Assembly (NCBI GenBank): GCA_021801765.1
Contig: JAJYXO010000005.1
Span: 1 to 38,797, forward strand
DNA from: Candidatus Micrarchaeota archaeon
GTDB lineage: Archaea; Micrarchaeota; Micrarchaeia; Micrarchaeales; CABMGC01
Direction: 5' to 3'
DNA: 38,797 bases
Of the stretch, positions 16,550 through 25,853 are shown piece after piece. Position numbers and translations under genes: made by a program. Every line of letters begins with the position of its first letter. The stretch's first letter is position 1. The notes beneath the pieces are model-generated. The model was not told the origin of the DNA, searched no databases, and was given only the letters and a program-made list of their open reading frames with translations.

Positions 16550-17452
16550 TCACGGTGGGTTGTAGCTGTCTATCCATCCACTTGTAAACGAGATATCTGC
16601 TGGTATTACGTTGTTTCCGTTTCCAGAGTAGTCGTTTGCATTGCCATTGAGGGGCCACCAACCAACAAGGTTCTGCAGATCTATCGGTACTCCTCCGATT
16701 CCTTCCTGATAGATGGTATTTACTGAAGGCCAATCTAATGTATTATTATATTCCTGTACATTAGAGATACTCCCTTGAAAGAATCTATTACCGCAGCATT
16801 GCTGATAGCCAAAAATATTAAAGATCGGTGCTCCGTTATCCGGCGCAGCAGTAGATGCTGGGAACAATTCCCTCTGATTGTTCACATATATCGCTATGCT
16901 AGTAGAACTAATGGAGTAGCCTACAAAATTCCACCTGCCCAATTGCACTTGTAAGTTGCTATCGAAGTTAGTTTCCCCATTCCATACTACTACATTACCA
17001 TCTGTCATTAATGCTATCTGAAATGCGCCGCAATATGGCGAGTCTCCCCCGCATGAAAGTTGGTTACCGTCAAACTCAGATATAACTTGAAAATTACTAG
17101 ACCCAAAACTAGTGGGATATATCCACTGGAAATTGGAGAATGGAAACGCATAAATGCCATTTCCATATGCATAACTGCTCTGCCCGTTTAATTGTCCAAC
17201 ATATTTGGGCACTTCATTGTTGCAGACTCCAAGCAGGTTTATGTCGTATGAGGTCCCCGCGCCATTTGGCCGGAAAACCTGGCAGCTTCCTGGGTTAGCC
17301 TTTGGAGCGAAGTAGAGAGGATTGAAGACTCCGAGGTAGGCAAGAGCGCCTAGGACAACTGCTACAATCAGTATCGACCAGCCGTAGGTCATCAGGTACT
17401 CCATTGCAGATTGAAGCCTTGGATCATTACCTGACAAGGTATCATCTACCAT
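16550..17452 (-). CDS. Class III signal peptide protein fused to a LamG/concanavalin-like domain (paralog 1)
   Basis: N-terminus PRL-QSAMEYLMTYGWSILIVAVVLGAL. The centre follows a LamG-like pattern (LNGQSSYAYGNG..., W..VGYS...IYVNN, F.GSISNVQEYNNTL). The C-terminus carries WWPLNGNANDYSGNGNN. Confidence 0.75.
   Translation of the reverse strand: MVDDTLSGNDPRLQSAMEYLMTYGWSILIVAVVLGALAYLGVFNPLYFAPKANPGSCQVFRPNGAGTSYDINLLGVCNNEVPKYVGQLNGQSSYAYGNGIYAFPFSNFQWIYPTSFGSSNFQVISEFDGNQLSCGGDSPYCGAFQIALMTDGNVVVWNGETNFDSNLQVQLGRWNFVGYSISSTSIAIYVNNQRELFPASTAAPDNGAPIFNIFGYQQCCGNRFFQGSISNVQEYNNTLDWPSVNTIYQEGIGGVPIDLQNLVGWWPLNGNANDYSGNGNNVIPADISFTSGWIDSYNPP
16553..16735 (-). repeat. Conserved 3' block shared with 25857..26040
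   Basis: It includes an identical 33-mer, atctatcggtactcctccgattccttcctgata, at 16679-16711 and 25983-26015. The encoded C-termini are nearly identical. Confidence 0.75.
17201..17413 (-). repeat. Conserved 5' block shared with 26553..26765
   Basis: A manual alignment of about 193 nt (17221-17413 against 26573-26765) shows about 19 mismatches, roughly 90% identity. The block covers the signal peptide and the first 70 mature residues. Confidence 0.8.
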
Positions 17453-17501
17453 AAGGCGACGTAAAGGGCTAAAAATCTTATCAGAGATGCTCTATCTAAA
17501 T

Positions 17502-18125
17502 CTACTCTGCTTTTGCAAGCCTCTTCTTAACATGCTTAAGTGCAGAGAACATATCCCTATCTATCTCTTCAAGCCTCATGGATATGTACTTAGACTGGGC
17601 ATTGAAGCTGGGTATCAGTATGTAATCAAGCGCGTTGACTCTCCTCTTGGTCTTCTCTACTTCAATCACGAGTCTCCTCAGGCCCTGCTCCCTCTTCGCT
17701 ATGTCTACAACTGCGTCTACTGCCTCGTTGAAGGAATTATTTATATCCTCAACAGCTATGCTTGTGGAGATAAGGTTGAAGTTCACGCTGTTCTTCTTTC
17801 CTTCCCGCATCGCCTCAGGAATTCTGACCCCCATGATGTTTCGCACAGACATAATCACGGATTCTGTTTCCTTTACATTGTAGGCTACATCTTCCAGCTC
17901 AAAGTTGCCTACATATGTGGAAGCTGTAATTACGACTTTGTAAGATCGCTGCATCACTGCGTTCAGATAGTCTCTGCTCTTGCCCGACTGCTTTAGCAGC
18001 TTCATGAACTCAAGCACAAGGGCCTCCTGCTTCTTTTTCAGTATCCCATAGCCTTTCCTCGCAGTGCGTATCCTCCTCTTGGTCGAGATCAGGTTTATCC
18101 TTGTCGGGCTTGGTCTCTGCTGCAT
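17502..18125 (-). CDS. atpD: A-type ATP synthase subunit D
   Basis: PTRINLISTKRRIRTARKGYGILKKKQEAL is the typical V/A-type D subunit N-terminus. It is the last gene of the operon. Confidence 0.9.
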   Translation of the reverse strand: MQQRPSPTRINLISTKRRIRTARKGYGILKKKQEALVLEFMKLLKQSGKSRDYLNAVMQRSYKVVITASTYVGNFELEDVAYNVKETESVIMSVRNIMGVRIPEAMREGKKNSVNFNLISTSIAVEDINNSFNEAVDAVVDIAKREQGLRRLVIEVEKTKRRVNALDYILIPSFNAQSKYISMRLEEIDRDMFSALKHVKKRLAKAE

Positions 18126-18126
18126 G

Positions 18127-19506
18127 TCACTTCCTCTGGTAATACTTCTTTACGTACTCCTCCTTTATCCTTGTCAGTTCATCCTCAGGGAGCATAGAGA
18201 GAAGTTTCCATCCTATTGTCAGCGTCTCCTCTATTGTTCTGCTTTCGTTGAATCCCTGCTTTATGAATTCGTTCTCGAATTGTTCGCCAAATGCGAGGTA
18301 TCTCCTGTCGCTCTCGCTAAGCGCCTCTGCACCTACTATGGAGCTGAGGCTCCTCGCCTCAAGTGCGCGTGAGTATGCACCATATAGCTGATCTGCCACT
18401 CCTCTATGGTCTTCCCTGGTCTTCCCCTTGCCTATCCCGAAATTCATGAGCCTCGAGAGTGAGCCTGTTGGATTTATCGGAGGATATATGCCTTTGTTGC
18501 TCATGCCTCTGTCCAGGAACATCTGACCCTCTGTTATGTATCCTGTCAGGTCTATTATCGGATGCGTTACGTCATCGCTAGGCATAGTCTCTATGCTTAG
18601 CTGCGTTATGCTTCCCTTCTTCCCTTTTATTATTCCCGCCCTCTCGAAGATGCTTGCAAGATCCGTGTACATGTATCCTGGGTATCCTCTCCTACCTGGC
18701 ACCTCTTCCCTGGCGCTGGAGAGCTCCCTCAGCGCCTCGCAGTAGTTCGTCATATCGTCAAGTATGACTAGCACGTGCATGTTCTTCTCAAATGCAAGGT
18801 ACTCTGCAGTTGTCAGCGCAAGCCTTGGGGTGAGTATCCTCTCTATGCTTGGATCCCCTGCCAAGTTTATGAACGCGACAGTCCTTTTCAGTGCACCTGT
18901 CTTCCTAAACTCCCTCACGAAGTAGTCAGAATCGTCATAGGTTATGCCTATTCCTGCAAATACAACTGCAAAATCCTCGCTCATATCCTTGACGCGCGCC
19001 TGCCTTGTGATCTGCGCTGCAAGTTCGTTATGTGGAAGCCCCGATCCTGAGAATATCGGAAGCTTCTGCCCCCTGACAAGCGTGTTAAGCCCGTCTATGG
19101 TCGAGATTCCAGTCTCTATGAAATCACTTGGCATCCCTCTTGCCGCAGGGTTTATTGGCTCTCCGTTTATGTCCATCCTCTTCGAATAAGGAACCTCCCT
19201 GCCGCCATCTATAGGTCGACCTTGCCCATCAAAGATCCTGCCTAGCATCTCCTCGCTTACGCCTGCCTTAAAAGTCTCTCCGAGGAAACTCACCGACGTA
19301 TCGCTAACATTTATTCCGTTTGTGGGTCCGAAAACCTGGACTACGGCATGCTTATCGCTTGTATCCAGCACCTGCCCCAGCCTCTCTTCTCCGTCCTTCA
19401 TCTTTATCCTGACTATCTCGTTATACGCAGCATTGCCTACCCTGCCTACTACAACCAGCGGGCCTGCAACGCTCTCTATTGTTTCATATTCTATCTCAAA
19501 CTCCAT
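18127..19506 (-). CDS. atpB: A-type ATP synthase subunit B
   Basis: High-confidence B-subunit pattern (GPLVVV..., [27 protein letters not shown]). I place the start at MEFEIEY (19506), with aggtga 5 nt upstream. The track's 12-aa extension overlaps the end of atpA. Confidence 0.95.
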   Translation of the reverse strand: MEFEIEYETIESVAGPLVVVGRVGNAAYNEIVRIKMKDGEERLGQVLDTSDKHAVVQVFGPTNGINVSDTSVSFLGETFKAGVSEEMLGRIFDGQGRPIDGGREVPYSKRMDINGEPINPAARGMPSDFIETGISTIDGLNTLVRGQKLPIFSGSGLPHNELAAQITRQARVKDMSEDFAVVFAGIGITYDDSDYFVREFRKTGALKRTVAFINLAGDPSIERILTPRLALTTAEYLAFEKNMHVLVILDDMTNYCEALRELSSAREEVPGRRGYPGYMYTDLASIFERAGIIKGKKGSITQLSIETMPSDDVTHPIIDLTGYITEGQMFLDRGMSNKGIYPPINPTGSLSRLMNFGIGKGKTREDHRGVADQLYGAYSRALEARSLSSIVGAEALSESDRRYLAFGEQFENEFIKQGFNESRTIEETLTIGWKLLSMLPEDELTRIKEEYVKKYYQRK

Positions 19507-19516
19507 GATATCACCT

Positions 19517-21307
19517 CTACTTCTTACCCTGCTTCGCTTCAATCGGAGCCTCTTCAGCCTTTACAAGCTCCGCAGTTTCTCTATCTATGCTATCGTTTAT
19601 TCTCTTTGCAACGCTTTCTATCTCCTTTTCCTCAACTCCTTTCATCCTCGAAATTTCAGCTTTCACTTTCATGCTGCTTATGTTATCAGAAGGCACCCCC
19701 TTTAATACTGCCTCTGTAGCAGCATCTGCAAAATGCATTATCGTCCTTAGCATCAGGCTCTGCTTTTTCATGCTCGAAAATGCATCTATTTCATCGAAGG
19801 CACTCTGCCTGAGGAAATCTTCCCTCAGCATCCTGCCTATTGTGAGAAGCACACGCTCTGAGTCCGGTAGCGCATCCTCACCTACCAGCTGCACTATATC
19901 CTTAAGCTCAGCCTCCCTCTGCAAGAGCTTCATGGCCCTCGCCCTGTCCTCTACGAAATTTTCGTTTACATTTTTTACATACCACCCCTTCAACGCTTCG
20001 TGGTATAAAGAGTAGCTGTTCAGCCAGTTTATGGATGGGAAGTGTCTGGCGCCTGCCAGCGATGCATCGAGAGCCCAGAAAACCTTTGCTACCCGCAGCG
20101 TTCCCTGCGTCACCGGTTCTGAGATATCCCCTCCAGTGGGCGAGACTGCGCCTATCAGCGTTACAGACCCTGTCTTCCCGCTCAAAGCTTCAACTCTTCC
20201 GCTCCTTTCGTAATATTCTGCAAGCCTCTTTGGCAGATAGGCAGGGTAGCCCTCCTCCCCGGGCATCTCTTCGAGCCTTGCTGAGATCTCTCTCATGGCC
20301 TCCGCCCACCTTGATGTTGAATCTGCCATGACTGCCACTCCATATCCCATATCTCTGAAATATTCTGCGATTGTTATTCCAGTGTATATGCTGGCTTCCC
20401 TTGCTGCAACAGGCATATTGCTTGTATTGGCAATCAGCACTGTTCTCTGCATGAGCGGTTTGCCGGTATAAGGATCCTTCAGTTCCGGAAACTCAGTGAG
20501 CACGTCAGTCATCTCATTTCCGCGCTCGCCGCATCCGACATATATGACTATATCTGCATTTGACCATTTCGCAAGGGACTGCTGCAGAACAGTCTTACCG
20601 CTGCCGAAAGGACCTGGCACTGCTGCAGTTCCGCCTTTGGCAACAGGGAAGAATGTATCTACTACCCTCTGGCCTGTCACCAGCGGTTCATCAGATGCGA
20701 ACTTCCTCCTGAACTTCGCAGGAGATCTTACCGGCCTCTTCTGCATCATCTGCACTTCAATCTCCTTTCCCTTATGTTCTATTCTTGCTACCGTATCAAT
20801 TATAGTGAAACTGCCTTTCTTTATCTCCTTTATCTTTCCGTCTACACCTGAAGGCACCATTATGTAATGCTTTATAATCTCCGTCTCCTGTACATATCCC
20901 AGTATTGCGCCTTCACTTACGTGTTCTCCTTTCTTCGCAGTAGGGTTGAATATCCATTTCTTCCTCCTATCAAGCGGCGTTGCGCTTATGCCTTTGCCTA
21001 TGAAAGAGCCGCTCTTCCTAATCAGCTCTTCAAGAGGCCTCTGTATTCCATCATATATCTTTGTAAGTATCCCCGGTCCTAACTCTACGGATAGCTGCGC
21101 TGCGGTAGAGACTACGGGTTCTCCTGGCCTTATCCCTGTTGTGTCCTCGTAGACCTGTATTATCGCGTTCTCTCCCTTCAACTGTATTATCTCGCCGACG
21201 AGCTCCGATCTTCCTACCTTCACTACGTCGTACATCCTGCTGCCAAGCATATCCTTCGCTATCACCAGCGGTCCCGATATTCTACTAATAGATCCCATTT
21301 TATGCAC
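19517..21307 (-). CDS. atpA: A-type ATP synthase catalytic subunit A
   Basis: Walker A GPFGSGKT and the non-homologous-region length typical of A subunits. At 596 aa it has no intein. Confidence 0.95.
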   Translation of the reverse strand: MHKMGSISRISGPLVIAKDMLGSRMYDVVKVGRSELVGEIIQLKGENAIIQVYEDTTGIRPGEPVVSTAAQLSVELGPGILTKIYDGIQRPLEELIRKSGSFIGKGISATPLDRRKKWIFNPTAKKGEHVSEGAILGYVQETEIIKHYIMVPSGVDGKIKEIKKGSFTIIDTVARIEHKGKEIEVQMMQKRPVRSPAKFRRKFASDEPLVTGQRVVDTFFPVAKGGTAAVPGPFGSGKTVLQQSLAKWSNADIVIYVGCGERGNEMTDVLTEFPELKDPYTGKPLMQRTVLIANTSNMPVAAREASIYTGITIAEYFRDMGYGVAVMADSTSRWAEAMREISARLEEMPGEEGYPAYLPKRLAEYYERSGRVEALSGKTGSVTLIGAVSPTGGDISEPVTQGTLRVAKVFWALDASLAGARHFPSINWLNSYSLYHEALKGWYVKNVNENFVEDRARAMKLLQREAELKDIVQLVGEDALPDSERVLLTIGRMLREDFLRQSAFDEIDAFSSMKKQSLMLRTIMHFADAATEAVLKGVPSDNISSMKVKAEISRMKGVEEKEIESVAKRINDSIDRETAELVKAEEAPIEAKQGKK

Positions 21308-21647
21308 CTATCTTCTCTATATCTATGCCTATCGCCCTCATTACGAGCTTCCTTAATGTATCCGGCCTGAACTCTTCTCTGTACTCCGGAACTTCAACGA
21401 ACATAGGCAACAGGCTGCTTTCAACAGCATGCCTTATTTTCTTGTCCTTCAGTCCCTTTGAGACTGTTGACGTTATCACAATTATCCCTATGTCATCTGC
21501 ATCAAGCAGCTTCCTTATCGCATCTTCTGCATCCTCTACGTTCTCCGCGGAGAAGGCGTCTCTAACTCCTGCTAGCTTGAAACCCAGCGCTAGCTCGGCA
21601 TTGCCAACTACTGCTACTCTGTACTTCCTTTCTAGATCTCCGACCAT
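21300..21647 (-). CDS. atpF: A-type ATP synthase subunit F
   Basis: 115 aa. [18 protein letters not shown] is the F-subunit signature. It overlaps atpA by 8 nt. Confidence 0.85.
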   Translation of the reverse strand: MVGDLERKYRVAVVGNAELALGFKLAGVRDAFSAENVEDAEDAIRKLLDADDIGIIVITSTVSKGLKDKKIRHAVESSLLPMFVEVPEYREEFRPDTLRKLVMRAIGIDIEKIGA

Positions 21648-22693
21648 GTTATCAGCTTAGAGGTTTCATCCTTCGACAATCCATATATCTTGCTCTTCAC
21701 CAGTATCCTGAGAGCGAAAATTTCCGTCTCCTTAAGATAGACGTAGGCTAGCAGGGCGCTGAAGGATAGCACCGCATGCCTAAGCATCTTAAGGCTCTTG
21801 TTGAATAGCTGGTTCCGCATCGCTATCTCAAACAGTATCAGTTGCTTACTCTCTCTGTATTGCTCTTCAGCCTGTTTCAGATCAAAGGATCCTGCCTTTG
21901 AGGCGATTGCAGATATATTCTCAGAATTCGAGTAGAGGTTCCTCATGGCATTCGCATCCATTCCACCTCTGGGTATAAGGCTGCCCTGTATCTCTTGGAA
22001 TGGCATCCCCCTCGCCTTGCCCCTTATGAGTATGAGCAGATTCTTCATATCTATATCCATTCGGATTATGGAAACTGCAGGATCCTTGGTTTCCAATAGC
22101 CTAGTTATGGCATTCTCGAGCATGCCGTAATATCCTAAGTCTATTGCTGCTGCAGCTGCTACTGCGTCTCCGCTGCTCTCATAAGCCTTTATTGCATCAG
22201 CCATAATGCGCGAGTAAGGAGCGTTTTTCTCCAGCCTTCTTAGCATCTCGACCACGCTGCTCTCTCTCATTGTCTCCTTTATTGCGGCTGCATTGTACCT
22301 GCCGTAATCAACCACATACTGCGCTATCGCTTCGTAAGGCAAGCCCCTTTCCTTGGCCTCTATTGCGAGCTTAACATTGCTGAGCTCCAACTTCCCAGTA
22401 AGGCTCCTTATTATTGCCCTATCCTCCTTAGGCGTAATCTCCACAAGCCTGCCGAGCCTTTCCGCCATATTTCTGCTAAGCGCGAAATCTATCATGGAGT
22501 TGCGTATGTCCACCCCTCCGAACTCTGTTAGCGCCTTTCCGTAATCAGTCTGGATAAGAAGGGAAATTACTGCACCTCTGTCAGGCGCTGCAACAATCGC
22601 TTGCATCGCCTGTCTCCCAAGCAGTTTGGCTTCCATGGCCTTAACTCTGGTATTCGAGTAACCATACCTTAATGCTTTTCCATATATTCCCAT
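21632..22693 (-). CDS. atpC: A-type ATP synthase subunit C
   Basis: A 353-aa helical protein in the conserved position between E and F. It overlaps atpF by 16 nt. Confidence 0.8.
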   Translation of the reverse strand: MGIYGKALRYGYSNTRVKAMEAKLLGRQAMQAIVAAPDRGAVISLLIQTDYGKALTEFGGVDIRNSMIDFALSRNMAERLGRLVEITPKEDRAIIRSLTGKLELSNVKLAIEAKERGLPYEAIAQYVVDYGRYNAAAIKETMRESSVVEMLRRLEKNAPYSRIMADAIKAYESSGDAVAAAAAIDLGYYGMLENAITRLLETKDPAVSIIRMDIDMKNLLILIRGKARGMPFQEIQGSLIPRGGMDANAMRNLYSNSENISAIASKAGSFDLKQAEEQYRESKQLILFEIAMRNQLFNKSLKMLRHAVLSFSALLAYVYLKETEIFALRILVKSKIYGLSKDETSKLITWSEI

Positions 22694-22697
22694 CAGC

Positions 22698-23252
22698 TCA
22701 CTTGAAAAGCGCCTTGGATATGGCGCTCCTTATCCTCCCTGCATTACTCTCTACCACTCCTTCAGGACTCAGGGCAAGCCTTATCTTCCTGTCTCCAGAG
22801 AAGAGAACCGCTCCATCGATGTTGGCGTAGTTTACGTTTTTTAGGCCTTTCACCAGTGCGGCGTATCTCTTGTTTACCTCTGCGAAGACCTCTCCGCTTT
22901 CAGAAATCTCATTGAATCTTGCCAATGCTCTCTTAATTATCGCAGGCATATACTTTTCCGCTATTTCCTTCATGGCCTCTTTCTTTGCTGTGCTCATCTC
23001 TTTCTCTACTGCTTCTTCCATAGCTGAATTGACTATCCTTGCAGCCTCTACCTCTGCCTCAGCCTCCTTCTCACCGAGCAGCAGCCGAGCTCCCTCCTTC
23101 GCCTCCTCGCGGGCTTTGGAGATTCTTTCTGCGGCCGCTTTTCTTGCTTCCTCAAGTACCCTTTCTACCTCCTTCTCTGTCTCTCTGCTTATCCTCGCAG
23201 CCCCTGACCTGGCTTCGTGCTCTATGCTCTCCTTAATCTCTGGTAGTGCCAT
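22698..23252 (-). CDS. atpE: A-type ATP synthase subunit E (peripheral stalk)
   Basis: 184 aa with an Ala/Glu/Lys-rich coiled-coil N-terminus and a globular C-terminus. The operon position fits. Confidence 0.8.
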   Translation of the reverse strand: MALPEIKESIEHEARSGAARISRETEKEVERVLEEARKAAAERISKAREEAKEGARLLLGEKEAEAEVEAARIVNSAMEEAVEKEMSTAKKEAMKEIAEKYMPAIIKRALARFNEISESGEVFAEVNKRYAALVKGLKNVNYANIDGAVLFSGDRKIRLALSPEGVVESNAGRIRSAISKALFK

Positions 23253-23264
23253 TGATTCTCCACC

Positions 23265-23507
23265 TTATACAAATCCTGCACCCAGCATTATCAACACAGC
23301 CACCACGAAGCCAAAGATCATTAGCGTTTCAGGGAGCACAAGAAAGAGCAATACCCTTCCCATCTCCTCTGGTTTCTCAGCTATCAAACCTATGCCCGCG
23401 CTGCCTATTCCTGCTTGCGCTATGCCAGTAGCTATTGCGCCACCTAGTATGGCAATCCCAGCTCCTATCGCCGCAACCGCGGCGCCCAATGTTATGCTTG
23501 CTACCAT
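23265..23507 (-). CDS. atpK: A-type ATP synthase proteolipid subunit K (c)
   Basis: An 80-aa two-helix hairpin with a Gly/Ala-rich helix 1 and the conserved carboxylate in helix 2 (LVLPETLMIFG). Confidence 0.9.
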   Translation of the reverse strand: MVASITLGAAVAAIGAGIAILGGAIATGIAQAGIGSAGIGLIAEKPEEMGRVLLFLVLPETLMIFGFVVAVLIMLGAGFV

Positions 23508-23515
23508 TTTTTCAC

Positions 23516-25372
23516 CTATTCTTTAGTATAAACCCTCTTGTAAGAGAAAGGCCTGAACTTGATTCCTCCGCCTTCGTAAAACTTTGTAAAGAACTCAACG
23601 AAGTTTAGCCTTATACCCTGCAAGATGCCCTCGAATATCGAGACTATCATATTAAGGAAATGTAATATCATAAACGGTATCAGCAGCACTATGAAGACCA
23701 GCGGCCCGCCGTTTAGCGTAGGAGTAAATGCCTTGTCTATAAGAAATGCTATCATAACGCTCGAAAGCCCAAATCCCATTATCCTGGTGTAGCTGAGTAT
23801 GTGCGTAAGGAGGTTAGGCACCTCCCCTGCCTCGCTTCCGCTGAGCGCCATCGTCGCAACAAATGAGATTATGGCTGCAATGCCGCACGCTTCTGTGAGC
23901 ACTGGCCCGAATGCATTGAAGAGCCCTCCTCCTATTGCAATAAAGCCTGAAAGTATAAGAATTATGGAAGTTATTTTGCTTGCGGCTGCCTTCATATGCC
24001 CTCTTCTGTATTTATTAACAAATCCGAACGCAAGTCCTGCTGTCACCTGTGCAATGCCGAATATGACTGTAATGTACAATATCGTAGTTATGTTGGTTGT
24101 CCAGTTGAGTATGCTTAGGCTTGTGAAGTATTGGTTGATTCCCAGACCGAGGTACTGGTTGGTTATAAAACCAAATACAATAGCTGCTATGGAGCTTATC
24201 TGCCATATGCTTGCTGCGTTATACACTAATCCTTCAGGGTTAGTTCGCCTCTTTATCCATATGGTAAAGAGGAAGGAGATTATTCCATATCCTACGTCCG
24301 ATATCATCAAGCCATAGAATATTGGGAACGAGATTATGAATATCCATGTTGGATCTATCTCATCGCTTCTTGGCAGCGAGAAGAATTCAACCATATAATC
24401 AAAAGGTCTAAGGAGCTTAGGCCTCGAGATCAATGTGGGCGCTAACTCATCGCCGCTGCCCATATCTTCGATATAATGCCTCTCTCCTATCTCCTTTCTA
24501 ATCGAATGCCTCAGTTCGTGCATCCTCTTCTTCGGCACCCATCCTTCAACTACAAAGAGCATCTCTGTCTTCTTGAACATCTCCCTTATGCTGCCCCTCT
24601 CTTCCTCTATCTGGAGCATCTCCTTCATGTTGGATAGCTTCGAGTAATATTTCTCACTCAGCGCGGAGAGTCTCTCCCGGAGCTTCTCTGCCTCTTTTCT
24701 ATTCTCTTCCTTCATTGATCTTACATTCTTCAGCATCTTTTCTGGCGTTCCTTCTACATATGCGCTCCTGAAATCGAACTCCTTGAGCTTGTGGTTTCTT
24801 GCGAATTCATCTATGTTCTCTTCAGGGCCGCTTGCTATCAGCGCAACGCCATTTCCCTTTGTGCCATAGAACGAGATTTTTGCCTTATGCGCTGCATTTT
24901 TAAGGTCTGCCTTGAGCTTCTCAGATTCATCAAGATCCACCTCGAATCCCCTTATGCTTATGTGTTTAGTATTAAGCTTTGAGAAATCTATGCCGCTCTC
25001 CATGAAAGAGAGGGCTATCCTCTCGGCATAGGAGAGCAGCCTCTCTCCTTCTCCTATCTCCCTAATTTTCTCGTTTGCATTGTATATCTCATCTATAGCC
25101 CCTAGCTCTTTTGCTTCTGCTATTAGTTGTTCCATTGGCATATGTTTCTCTGGCTTAATCTCTTTTTTTTCCAGTAGGTTCAGCGCGCCGCCTACCCTTA
25201 CAATTAGTTCAGAAAGCTCGCCTACGTATTCCGGAGCAGCATCGTTTCCGAGGTCAAGTTTGCTCTTCCTCATGTCGAGCATGCCAAACCTGTGCAGCGC
25301 AGTAACGACTCTATCTTTATCCTTCCCAAGACAAACGAGCCTTACCTTCTGCATAGGCTCAGTTCTTAACAT
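23516..25372 (-). CDS. atpI: A-type ATP synthase subunit I (a)
   Basis: 618 aa with a cytoplasmic coiled-coil N-terminal half and a polytopic membrane C-terminal half. The operon position fits. Confidence 0.9.
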   Translation of the reverse strand: MLRTEPMQKVRLVCLGKDKDRVVTALHRFGMLDMRKSKLDLGNDAAPEYVGELSELIVRVGGALNLLEKKEIKPEKHMPMEQLIAEAKELGAIDEIYNANEKIREIGEGERLLSYAERIALSFMESGIDFSKLNTKHISIRGFEVDLDESEKLKADLKNAAHKAKISFYGTKGNGVALIASGPEENIDEFARNHKLKEFDFRSAYVEGTPEKMLKNVRSMKEENRKEAEKLRERLSALSEKYYSKLSNMKEMLQIEEERGSIREMFKKTEMLFVVEGWVPKKRMHELRHSIRKEIGERHYIEDMGSGDELAPTLISRPKLLRPFDYMVEFFSLPRSDEIDPTWIFIISFPIFYGLMISDVGYGIISFLFTIWIKRRTNPEGLVYNAASIWQISSIAAIVFGFITNQYLGLGINQYFTSLSILNWTTNITTILYITVIFGIAQVTAGLAFGFVNKYRRGHMKAAASKITSIILILSGFIAIGGGLFNAFGPVLTEACGIAAIISFVATMALSGSEAGEVPNLLTHILSYTRIMGFGLSSVMIAFLIDKAFTPTLNGGPLVFIVLLIPFMILHFLNMIVSIFEGILQGIRLNFVEFFTKFYEGGGIKFRPFSYKRVYTKE

Positions 25373-25373
25373 T

Positions 25374-25697
25374 CTATATACCTATAATATCTTTTACTAC
25401 TTTCTTGACGACGTTAGAGAGCTCCACCTTGCCTAGCCTTCTGGATCTCAGTTTTGATGCTGCTTTCTCAGCATCGGAGATTATCTTCTTCCTGGAATCC
25501 GCAGCGTCTTTCTCAGCTTTTTCAATAGCTTCCTTTCTGATTTCTACGGCTTTTGATTCTGCATCAGCTATAATCTCCCTTGCCTTCTCCTGGGCCTTAC
25601 CAATTGAAGAGATTTTTGCATTATTTGCTTTATCAAGAAGGAGGTCGGCCTTCTTTTCCGCTTCCTGTAATTCCCTTATCGGGTCAGGCTTCTCCAT
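25374..25697 (-). CDS. atpH: A-type ATP synthase subunit H (peripheral stalk)
   Basis: A 107-aa highly charged coiled coil (AEKKADLLLDKA...AREIIADAESKA). It is the first gene of the operon. Confidence 0.7.
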   Translation of the reverse strand: MEKPDPIRELQEAEKKADLLLDKANNAKISSIGKAQEKAREIIADAESKAVEIRKEAIEKAEKDAADSRKKIISDAEKAASKLRSRRLGKVELSNVVKKVVKDIIGI

Positions 25698-25803
25698 AAC
25701 TCATCCCTTAAATTTAAACTGGGACTCACGACGCAAAAAAGTACAACGCTATTAGTTTAAAAGAGCATATTTATAAGCTTTATTGTAAAAGGCATGCAAC
25801 TCA

Positions 25804-25831
25804 TGCATATGATCTGCAGATCATTTATGCA
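25804..25831. promoter_or_regulatory. Near-perfect 28-nt inverted repeat containing the perfect 16-nt palindrome ATGATCTGCAGATCAT (25809-25824)
   Basis: The sequence is tgcatatgatctgcagatcatttatgca. It lies between the stop of the upstream LamG-pilin gene (25854) and the ATP synthase promoter region. Confidence 0.5.
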
Positions 25832-25853
25832 AATAAACTCTGCATAGATGGTG

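Noticed and set aside
16455-16733. 92-aa minus-strand ORF overlapping the 3' end of pilin-LamG paralog 1
   Set aside because: It is out of frame with a conserved paralogous gene, and its product is Arg/Cys/Trp-rich noise.
19507-19542. 12-aa N-terminal extension of atpB ([12 protein letters not shown])
   Set aside because: It overlaps the end of atpA. The ATG at 19506 is preceded by an SD-like aggtga and gives the usual B-subunit N-terminus.
19517-21307. Possibility of an intein or frameshift in atpA (also considered for the RFC genes)
   Set aside because: The lengths (596, 406 and 323 aa) and the continuous motif order are normal, with no insertion after the P-loop.
22870-23526. 218-aa ORF antisense to atpE/atpK, and similar long antisense ORFs at 23799..24317, 19587..20015, 10812..11276, 36017..36478 and 9068..9547
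   Set aside because: All lie inside strongly supported genes on the opposite strand. Their products are Ser/Ala/Leu/Pro-rich with no motifs, which is the expected mirror-frame artefact.
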